DNA of 64,000 nucleotides from Dehalococcoidia bacterium (GTDB lineage Bacteria; Chloroflexota; Dehalococcoidia; UBA6926), in contig CBDCQG010000001.1 of NCBI GenBank assembly GCA_965220565.1, positions 601,691-665,690 on the forward strand. The letters run 5' to 3'. Position 1 is the first letter of the stretch; every line of letters begins with the position of its first letter. The notes under the pieces are model-generated. The model saw only the letters and a program-made list of their open reading frames with translations, did not search any database and had not been told where the DNA came from. The translations under genes and the position numbers were made by a program. Shown here piece by piece: positions 20,162-27,370 of this stretch.

Positions 20162-21043
20162 GTGGGCAGCTACGAAAATATCCTGTATGACAAGCAGCGC
20201 AAGGGCGTGCTCATCACACTGAACCGTCCCGAGGCGCTGAACGCGCTCAGCCGCGACCTTGAAGACGAATTGCACGTCGCGCTGGATGAGGCAGAGGCCG
20301 ATCCTGAGGTCCGCTACATCATCCTGACGGGCGCCGGCCGCGCATTCTCCGCGGGTTACGACATCGCCGGTGGCCGCGCCCCGACCGTCTGGCCCTACGG
20401 CCTGCCGGAGGGCTCCAACATCGCCCAGATGCTGGATGACTGGCGCACGCGTGACAAGCCGGATCGATTCATGCACCTCTGGGAGCTCACCAAGCCCGTC
20501 ATCGCCGCCGTCAATGGGTGGTGCATGGGTGGAGGCTCCTGGTACGCGCTGTTCTCGCACATGACCTACGCGTCCGAGACCGCGGTGTTCTCCCAGCCTG
20601 AGGTCCGCATGATCTCCAACACCAGCTTCATCTGGACGCTCAACGCGGGCTACAAACACGCCCTGCGCTACAGCCTCACCGGCGACCACATCGACGCCGA
20701 AGAGGCCCTGCGCATCGGTATCATCAACCAGATCATCCCGCAGGACGACCTGATTGAAGAGTGCTTCAAGATCGGCGAGCGCATCGCGCTGGTCTCGCCG
20801 GAGACGGTGAAGATTAACCTGTACGTGGCGACCATGGGCCTCGAGATGATGGGCCTGCGCAATGCTCTCATCCTCAACGGCGAGCTTTCCGCCTTCGCCC
20901 ACGCCTCCAAGCGTGAGGATGTCATGCGGCCGCTGGAGCAGGCGCGCGAGGAGGGCGGCATGCGCGGCTTCCTCCAGCAGCGCGACGGCCCCTTCCAGCC
21001 GGAACCCTTCGGGCCGCGCTCAGCCGCCGCACGCGGCAACTAA
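20162..21043 (+). CDS. Crotonase-fold protein, paralog 3
   Basis: Same motifs as paralog 1. The GTG start is preceded by a 61-nt T-free A-rich leader. Confidence 0.9.
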   Translation: MGSYENILYDKQRKGVLITLNRPEALNALSRDLEDELHVALDEAEADPEVRYIILTGAGRAFSAGYDIAGGRAPTVWPYGLPEGSNIAQMLDDWRTRDKPDRFMHLWELTKPVIAAVNGWCMGGGSWYALFSHMTYASETAVFSQPEVRMISNTSFIWTLNAGYKHALRYSLTGDHIDAEEALRIGIINQIIPQDDLIEECFKIGERIALVSPETVKINLYVATMGLEMMGLRNALILNGELSAFAHASKREDVMRPLEQAREEGGMRGFLQQRDGPFQPEPFGPRSAAARGN

Positions 21044-21067
21044 CGCTTAGACACCATTCGATCAATG

Positions 21068-21098
21068 GGGTAGGGGCGGCCACAGGCCGCCCCTACCC
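21068..21098. repeat. Perfect 14-bp-stem palindrome (REP family C or terminator-like)
   Basis: GGGTAGGGGCGGCC, aca loop, GGCCGCCCCTACCC, between paralog 3 and the isochorismatase-family gene. Confidence 0.7.
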
Positions 21099-21111
21099 TT
21101 AGCTATGCACC

Positions 21112-21780
21112 ATGAACCTCTCTATTGACCCCCAAACCACCGCGCTGGTGATGGTCGATATGCAGAACGACTTCTGCCACGCGGACGGCTTCTACGCGAA
21201 AGCGGCAGAACGCATCGAACCCCTCGGCCTTGATCCCCAGCTGGTGATTGACGGCATTCCGCCGATGCAGTCGTTGCTTGAGGCAGGGCGTCAGGCGGGC
21301 CTCTTCATCGTCCACACCCGTATCGAGCGTGACGACTCCCCGGATGCCGTCCACCTCATCCACAGTGTCGTCGCGCAGACCTTTGGCGCAGTGGCGGACG
21401 CCCCCGGCGGGCCCGCCCTCATGCCCGGCACGTGGGGAGCGGACATTCACGATGCGCTTGCCCCGCAGGACGGCGAATACGTCGTCACCAAGCGCAGCTT
21501 CTCAGCGTTCTTTGGCACCGATCTTGAGACCGCCTTGCGACGGCGCGGCATCCGCACCGTCATCCTCGCAGGCACGATCACCTACGCCTGCGTCCTCCAC
21601 ACCGCATTCGACGCCAACGTGCGCGATCTCGATGTCATCGTTGCCTCAGACGGCACGGCCTCATGGGCGCCCGATCTGCAGCAGCCCACACTCCGCATCG
21701 TCGATCTCATCCTTGGCGGCACAGCCGCCACCGGAGAAATCATCGAAGCCCTCGCCACCCATTCCCGCCGTTCACCCTGA
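21112..21780 (+). CDS. Isochorismatase-family cysteine hydrolase
   Basis: VDMQNDFC (Asp), VTKRSFSAF (Lys) and GTITYACV (Cys) form the catalytic triad context. The last codons and the stop lie inside a REP-B element. Confidence 0.85.
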   Translation: MNLSIDPQTTALVMVDMQNDFCHADGFYAKAAERIEPLGLDPQLVIDGIPPMQSLLEAGRQAGLFIVHTRIERDDSPDAVHLIHSVVAQTFGAVADAPGGPALMPGTWGADIHDALAPQDGEYVVTKRSFSAFFGTDLETALRRRGIRTVILAGTITYACVLHTAFDANVRDLDVIVASDGTASWAPDLQQPTLRIVDLILGGTAATGEIIEALATHSRRSP

Positions 21781-21797
21781 GCCTGTCGAAGGGTCGC
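21770..21797. repeat. REP-like repeat family B
   Basis: GTTCACCCTGAGCCTGTCGAAGGGTCGCC. The same unit occurs at 26735-26783 (two tandem copies) and 27336-27361. Confidence 0.8.
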
Positions 21798-21862
21798 CCC
21801 GTCCGCCGCCACCCTTTGCTACCATGAGGAAAACGACCCCGTAACAGAAAGAGAGCCAGACA

Positions 21863-22744
21863 ATGCCCAACTATGAGACCGTCCTCTATGAGAAGCAGCG
21901 CAACGGTGTCCTGATTACACTGAACCGACCGGAAACGCTCAACGCCATCAGCCGGCAATTGGAACGCGATGTCTCGGAAGCGTTGACGGAAGCCGAGAAC
22001 GACCCCGAGGTGCGCGCCATCGTCCTCACCGGCGCAGGACGCGCCTTCTCCTCCGGTTATGACATCGGCGCAGGCCGCGGCGAAACGGTATGGCCGTACG
22101 GACTGCCTGAGGGATGGAGCGCTGCAGCGCTGCTCGATGATTGGCGCGACCGCTCCCGAGACGAAACCGCCAAGCTGCTCCAGATCTGGGAACTGACCAA
22201 GCCCGTCATCGCTGCCGTCAACGGCTGGTGCATGGGCGGAGGCTCGTGGTATGCCCTTGCCTCCCACATGACCTACGCGGCGGAAGAGGCCGTCTTCGCC
22301 CAACCTGAGATCCGCATGATCTCCAATACCAACTTCTTCTGGACGCTCAACGCCGGCTACAAGCATGCCCTCCGCTACGGCCTCACTGGCGACCACATCG
22401 ACGCCCAGGAAGCCCTGCGAATCGGCCTCGTGAATGAGGTTGTTCCCGGTGACGACCTGCTCGAACACTGCTTCCGCGTCGTGGAGCGCATCGCGCTCGT
22501 CTCGCCGGAGACGGTCAAGATCAACCTCTACGTCGCGACGATGGGCCTTGAGATGATGGGCCTGCGCAACGCGCTCATCCTGAACGATGAGCTGTCCGCC
22601 CATGTCCAGAGTTCGCAGCGTGCCGACTTCAAGAAGGAGATGATGGACGCCCAGAAGGAGGGTGGCCTCCGCGCCTTCCTGCAAGTGCGTGACGGCCCCT
22701 TCCAGCCGGAACCCTTCGGTCCCCGCTCCCGCGTCAGAGAATAA
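21863..22744 (+). CDS. Crotonase-fold protein, paralog 4
   Basis: Same motifs and the same C-terminal tail as paralogs 1-3. Confidence 0.9.
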   Translation: MPNYETVLYEKQRNGVLITLNRPETLNAISRQLERDVSEALTEAENDPEVRAIVLTGAGRAFSSGYDIGAGRGETVWPYGLPEGWSAAALLDDWRDRSRDETAKLLQIWELTKPVIAAVNGWCMGGGSWYALASHMTYAAEEAVFAQPEIRMISNTNFFWTLNAGYKHALRYGLTGDHIDAQEALRIGLVNEVVPGDDLLEHCFRVVERIALVSPETVKINLYVATMGLEMMGLRNALILNDELSAHVQSSQRADFKKEMMDAQKEGGLRAFLQVRDGPFQPEPFGPRSRVRE

Positions 22745-22790
22745 TTCTCTGCGCGTACAATTGAATAAGCGGGCGAGGTAGCCGCCCTTT

Positions 22791-22815
22791 CGTCATTCCC
22801 GCGAAAGCGGGAATC
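22791..22815. repeat. REP-like repeat family A (full copy)
   Basis: CGTCATTCCCGCGAAAGCGGGAATC. Confidence 0.85.
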
Positions 22816-22859
22816 TAGATCGCAATTTGCACGCTAAGCTGGTAAGTAAACTGGAGCAG

Positions 22860-22934
22860 GCGGGGGTAGCTCAGTGGTAGAGCTCCTGCCTTCCAAGCAG
22901 GTTGTCGCGGGTTCAATTCCCGTCCCCCGCTCCA
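22860..22934 (+). tRNA. tRNA-Gly (anticodon UCC), CCA encoded
   Basis: Cloverleaf read by eye: acceptor GCGGGGG/CCCCCGC, anticodon arm CCTGC-CTTCCAA-GCAGG, T-loop TTCAATT, discriminator T then CCA. Confidence 0.9.
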
Positions 22935-22955
22935 ATAACCGCTAGACCCTGCGGG

Positions 22956-24800
22956 TCATTCTACAGTGACCGACTTCGCCAGGTTCCGCGGCTGATCGAT
23001 GTCCGCCCCGCGCAGCAGTCCAATCTCGTAGGCCAGCATCTGCAGCGGCACCGTTGCCGCAATCGGAACCAGGTGAGCGGGCATCGCGGGCATGAAGATC
23101 GCCTCGTCCGCCTGCCCGCCAAGCTCATCATCCCCGTCCGTCAGCACGCCCACCACGTGCCCCGCCCGCGCCCGTATCTCCGAGATATTGATCGCCATCC
23201 GGTCCCGCAACCCGCCTTCCGGCGCAAGCGCAATCGTCGGCATGTGCTGATCGATCAGGGCGATGGGCCCGTGTTTCATCTCGCCTCCCGCGCTGCCCTC
23301 TGCGTGGATATACGTGACCTCCTTGAGCTTCAGGGCGCCTTCCAGTGCGATGGGATAGAGCGGGCCCCGCCCCAGCAGCAGGCAATTCTCATTGACCGTC
23401 AGGCGCTCCGCCGCCGCCCGAATCGCGTCTCGCCGCTCCAGCATCTCGCTCACGATGCCCGGCAGCCGCTCCAGGTCCAACAGGCATCGACTCACGTTGT
23501 CCTCATCCATCACTCCACGACCTGCCGCGGCGTCGATCGCCAACAGATACAGGCATAGGATCGCCGACGTGAAACTCTTCGTCGACGCAACGCCCACTTC
23601 GAGCCCGGACCGCATGTCCATCGTCTCGCACGCGATGCGCGCCGCCTCGCTGTCGAGAGCATTCGTCACCGCCACGCAGTCCGCCCCGAGGCCCGATGCG
23701 TGTTCCAGCGCGGCGAGCGTGTCCAGCGTCTCCCCGGACTGCGTGATTGCGATGAGTAGGTCGCCCTCTCCCATCCGCGCATTGCGGTGGCGCAGTTCAG
23801 AGGCCACCTCTGCTTCCACCGGCACGCCCGCCAATGTCTCGAAATAGTGCCGCCCGACGAGCGCAGCGTGATAGCTTGATCCGCAGCCCGTCAGGATGAT
23901 TCGCCGCGCCTTTGCCAGCCGCTCGGATAGCCCGGCCCCGTAGTCCGGCTCAAGCCGCCCCGATTCCAGATCGACGCGTCCCCGCAGCGCGTCCGTCAGC
24001 GCCTGCGGCTGCTCCATGATCTCCTTCAGCATGAAGTGCTTGTACATGCCCTTCGCCGCCCGCAGTGGGTCCCGCGTAACCTCCGTGAACTCCCGCCTCA
24101 CCGGCTCTCCGTCCAGTGTCGAGACCTCCACGCCGTCCGGTCGCAGCACGGCGATCTCCCCATTGTTCAGCGGCATCGCCTGACGTGTGAGCGGCACAAG
24201 GGCAGGGAGGTCACTCGCCGCGTACATTTCGCCGTCGCCCACGCCGACGACCAGCCCTCCTGCGTTGCCCGCCCGAACTGCGATCAGCGTGTCCGGCTCC
24301 TGCGCGCACGCAACGAGAAAAACCAGCGCCCCGTGCATGTCCGGCAAGATCGACTGCACCGCCTCGACGGGATCGAGCCCGCGATCCAGCGCCTCCTCGA
24401 TCAGGTGCGGCAGCACCTCCGTGTCCGTCTGCGACATGAACCGATGCCCGCGCGATACGAGTTGCGCAGCGAGTGTGCTGTAATTCTCGACAATGCCGTT
24501 CTGCACGACGGCCACACGACCCGTGCAGTCCATGTGCGGATGCGCGTTGGCCAGGGAAGGCGCGCCGTGCGTCGCCCACCGCGTATGCCCCAGCCCCAGC
24601 GACCCCGAGACGAACGAACCCTCGAGGTCGGCGCGCAGGGCATCCAGCTTCCCGACCGCCTTGTTCGTGCCGAACACGCCGGACGGGCCGAGGATCGCGA
24701 TGCCCGCGCTGTCATAGCCCCGATACTCGATGCGGGACAACCCGTCGAGCACAATCGGCATGGCCTGCCGACCCCCCGTATACCCCATAATCCCGCACAT
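22956..24800 (-). CDS. glmS: Glutamine--fructose-6-phosphate aminotransferase
   Basis: N-terminal MCGIMGY (catalytic Cys2), two SIS domains, C-terminal KSVTVE. Confidence 0.95.
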   Translation of the reverse strand: MCGIMGYTGGRQAMPIVLDGLSRIEYRGYDSAGIAILGPSGVFGTNKAVGKLDALRADLEGSFVSGSLGLGHTRWATHGAPSLANAHPHMDCTGRVAVVQNGIVENYSTLAAQLVSRGHRFMSQTDTEVLPHLIEEALDRGLDPVEAVQSILPDMHGALVFLVACAQEPDTLIAVRAGNAGGLVVGVGDGEMYAASDLPALVPLTRQAMPLNNGEIAVLRPDGVEVSTLDGEPVRREFTEVTRDPLRAAKGMYKHFMLKEIMEQPQALTDALRGRVDLESGRLEPDYGAGLSERLAKARRIILTGCGSSYHAALVGRHYFETLAGVPVEAEVASELRHRNARMGEGDLLIAITQSGETLDTLAALEHASGLGADCVAVTNALDSEAARIACETMDMRSGLEVGVASTKSFTSAILCLYLLAIDAAAGRGVMDEDNVSRCLLDLERLPGIVSEMLERRDAIRAAAERLTVNENCLLLGRGPLYPIALEGALKLKEVTYIHAEGSAGGEMKHGPIALIDQHMPTIALAPEGGLRDRMAINISEIRARAGHVVGVLTDGDDELGGQADEAIFMPAMPAHLVPIAATVPLQMLAYEIGLLRGADIDQPRNLAKSVTVE

Positions 24801-24817
24801 CAGTCAGCAATCGCCTC

Positions 24818-24842
24818 CGTCATTCCCGCTTTCGCGGGAATC
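24818..24842. repeat. REP-like repeat family A, loop-flipped variant
   Basis: CGTCATTCCCGCTTTCGCGGGAATC. Flanks and stem match the other copies, but the tetraloop is TTTC instead of GAAA. It lies 18 nt upstream of the glmS start. Confidence 0.8.
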
Positions 24843-24954
24843 TTGGTCTCGGAATGTAACCATCCCCCACCACTCCCTCATCCCAAATCATACCAACACG
24901 CCTATAATCAAACATTCTCACTTCCCATGAGTGGCCCTGACTGAGGCGACGATA

Positions 24955-26469
24955 ATGACCCAACAGCATCCGTACCGGCTCTCCAAGTCCAGGTATATGG
25001 CAGGCTTGCAGTGCTTGAAGCGATTGTATCTGGAGGTGCATGATCGCGGCCTTGCAGACCCCATCGCCCCGAGCCAGCAGGCCGTCTTTGATGTCGGGAA
25101 CCTGGTTGGGGAGCTGGCGAGGCAGAGGTTTGCGGGCGGCACTCTCATCGAGGCGGCCTACTACGAACTGGAAAAGGCGGAGAGTTCGACACAGAAGCTG
25201 CTGTCGGATGCCTTTGTGCCTGCACTGTATGAGGCAGCCTTTTCGTTCGAGGGCATCCGGACGAGGGTCGATATCCTGGTCAGAGCCGATGATGGGCAGG
25301 GATTCGATCTCATCGAGGTCAAGTCGTCCACAAGCTTCAAGGAACGCGAACACCTTCCCGACGTCGCCATTCAGTTGCATGTTGTCGAGGGGTCCGGTGT
25401 ACCCATCCGCCGCGCCTACCTCATGCATATCGACACGAGCTACGTCTATCAGGGCGGAGAGCATGACCTTACGCGGCTGTTTGGGCTCGCAGATGTAACT
25501 GACATGGCAAGGGAGTACGTCGCGGACGTTGCGCCGGACAAACTGGCCGAGATGTGGGAGTCACTCCGTCAGGCCGAGACGCCGGACATTGAGACGGGCC
25601 GCCAGTGCAATGCACCGTATCGATGCCCGTTCTACGGCCATTGCCATACAGATGAGCCGGAACACCCGATTGGCGAACTGCCCCGGCTGCGTCAGCAAGA
25701 CGAGGAGCGACTCAAGGGTCTGGGGATTCGCGAAGTGGCAGAATTACCGGCCGATGCGCCGGGGCTGACTACTCTCCAGACTCGTGTACGAGACGCCGTG
25801 GTGTCAGGAACATCGTATGTGGGGACCGACCTTGCCGAACGGCTGGGAGAGATAGAGTTCCCCGCGTCATTCCTGGACTTTGAGACGATCATGCCCGCCG
25901 TTCCCATATTTGTTGGCACGCGGCCGTACCAGAATATCTCCTTCCAATGGTCTCTCCACGTGCGGGAATCGGACGGCTCGCTTGTGCATCGCGACTACCT
26001 GCACGAAGGGAATGACGACCCGCGGCCGGGATTCGTGGATAGTCTGCTGGATGCGATCCCAGCCGATGGCCCAATCGTCGTGTATTCGAACTATGAGGAG
26101 CGCGTGCTGCGGGGGCTTGCCGACGATTTTCCTGACCACAAGGAACAGTTGCTCGGCCTTGTCGATAGATTGGTCGACCTTCTGCAGATCATCAGGGACA
26201 CCTACTATCATCCCGCGTTCCACGGGAGCTTCTCGATAAAGTCAGTGGCGCCCACTCTTGCGTCCCAGCTTTCGTATGAAGAACTGGACATACCGGACGG
26301 TCTCGCCGCTTCTGCCGCGTATCTGCGCTTGCTAACCGATGAGGTACCGGCGTCTGAGGCGGCGAAGATCAGAGATTCTCTGGTGACCTATTGCGCTCAG
26401 GACACGGAAGCGATGGTGCGCGTCTATGAAGCGCTGGCGACAGAAGCGGCCAGGACTGCCGATCCATAA
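24955..26469 (+). CDS. DUF2779-like protein: Cas4/RecB-type nuclease domain plus DEDD-exonuclease-like domain
   Basis: N-terminal SKSRYMAGLQCLKRLYL, a PD-(D/E)xK-like D...DLIEVKS, and the Cys cluster CNAPYRCPFYGHC. The C-terminal half has FLDFET and CAQDTEAM motifs. ATG 24955 is preferred over GTG 24931. Confidence 0.7.
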   Translation: MTQQHPYRLSKSRYMAGLQCLKRLYLEVHDRGLADPIAPSQQAVFDVGNLVGELARQRFAGGTLIEAAYYELEKAESSTQKLLSDAFVPALYEAAFSFEGIRTRVDILVRADDGQGFDLIEVKSSTSFKEREHLPDVAIQLHVVEGSGVPIRRAYLMHIDTSYVYQGGEHDLTRLFGLADVTDMAREYVADVAPDKLAEMWESLRQAETPDIETGRQCNAPYRCPFYGHCHTDEPEHPIGELPRLRQQDEERLKGLGIREVAELPADAPGLTTLQTRVRDAVVSGTSYVGTDLAERLGEIEFPASFLDFETIMPAVPIFVGTRPYQNISFQWSLHVRESDGSLVHRDYLHEGNDDPRPGFVDSLLDAIPADGPIVVYSNYEERVLRGLADDFPDHKEQLLGLVDRLVDLLQIIRDTYYHPAFHGSFSIKSVAPTLASQLSYEELDIPDGLAASAAYLRLLTDEVPASEAAKIRDSLVTYCAQDTEAMVRVYEALATEAARTADP

Positions 26470-26504
26470 CGGCCCACCCCCTACAATCAATAAAGGGGGC
26501 CCAC

Positions 26505-27332
26505 GTGTCCGAATCGTCCGCCTTTCTGCTTGGCATCATCCAGGGAATCACTGAGTGGATTCCCGTCAGCTCGCAGGGCGTCGTCGCCCTCGTGTCCACG
26601 TGGATCGACGACGCCGAACCCTCGGATGCCATCGCCATCGCGCTGTGGCTGCACGCCGGCACGGCCCTGTCCGCAGCCATAGCCATGAGACGCGAAATCG
26701 CCACAATGATCCGCGATTCATTCGCCTCCCGCGGCACCCTGAGCTTGTCGAAGGGTCACCCTGAGCGCAGTCGAAGGGTCGCCCCCATTCGATTCCTCGT
26801 CCTTAGCACACTCGTTACCGCGATTGTCGGCGTGCCGCTCTTCCTGGTCCTGGGTGAAATCGCGGACCTGTTGGGCAGCGCGGCCATGCTGTTCGTCGGC
26901 CTCGCCATGATCGCTGCCGCGCTCACCATCCGAAGTGGATTCTGGCAGGGTGAGCGGGGCAGCGATGATGTCACCACCACGGATGCAGTCATCGCCGGTA
27001 TCGCGCAGGCGTTTGCCGTCATCCCCGGCCTGAGCCGCACGGGCGTGACCGTTGCCGTGTTGCTCGCGCGGGATTGCAGCCACCGTGAGGCCGTCGTTCT
27101 GAGCGTCCTCATGGGGATCCCGGCGAGCCTTGGCGCAGGCCTGCTGGCCGTTGGTACGTCCGGCACAATCGGCGGCTGGCCTGCCGTCGTGGCGCTGGTG
27201 ACTGCGGCGATCGTTGGAACCGTCGTCATCCGCGTCATCCTCGCATGGGCGAGCCGGGTCACGTTGTCGGGTTTCGCCGCGGCTGCCGGAATCATTGTCA
27301 CAATCGGCGCGCTGATCGGCCTCCTCGCCTGA
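26505..27332 (+). CDS. uppP: Undecaprenyl-diphosphate phosphatase
   Basis: GIIQGITEWIPVSSQG and PGLSRTGVT motifs in a multi-TM protein. It contains an in-frame REP-B tandem at 26735-26783. Confidence 0.85.
   Translation: MSESSAFLLGIIQGITEWIPVSSQGVVALVSTWIDDAEPSDAIAIALWLHAGTALSAAIAMRREIATMIRDSFASRGTLSLSKGHPERSRRVAPIRFLVLSTLVTAIVGVPLFLVLGEIADLLGSAAMLFVGLAMIAAALTIRSGFWQGERGSDDVTTTDAVIAGIAQAFAVIPGLSRTGVTVAVLLARDCSHREAVVLSVLMGIPASLGAGLLAVGTSGTIGGWPAVVALVTAAIVGTVVIRVILAWASRVTLSGFAAAAGIIVTIGALIGLLA
26735..26783. repeat. Two tandem REP family B units inside the uppP reading frame
   Basis: CACCCTGAGCTTGTCGAAGGGT followed by CACCCTGAGCGCAGTCGAAGGGTCGCC, translated as TLSLSKGHPERSRRVAP. Confidence 0.8.
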
Positions 27333-27335
27333 TCC

Positions 27336-27361
27336 GTTCACCCTGAGCCTGTCGAAGGGCC
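27336..27361. repeat. REP-like repeat family B
   Basis: GTTCACCCTGAGCCTGTCGAAGGGCC, 4 nt after the uppP stop, between convergent uppP and glmU. Confidence 0.8.
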
Positions 27362-27370
27362 ACTATCCGC

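Noticed and set aside
22935-22955. Tn7-type insertion at the glmS 3' end (attTn7) or an island at tRNA-Gly
   Set aside because: Only 21 nt separate the glmS stop from the tRNA-Gly 3' end, and there are no transposition genes anywhere nearby.
22902-24944. 218-aa and 302-aa plus-strand ORFs across glmS
   Set aside because: Both are antisense to glmS, which is unmistakable (MCGIMGY...KSVTVE).
24801-24954. Possible glmS ribozyme in the glmS leader
   Set aside because: Only 154 nt separate glmS from the divergent DUF2779 gene, and 25 of them are a REP-A copy. I could not find the conserved ribozyme core, and the space is too short for the ~170-nt element plus a promoter.
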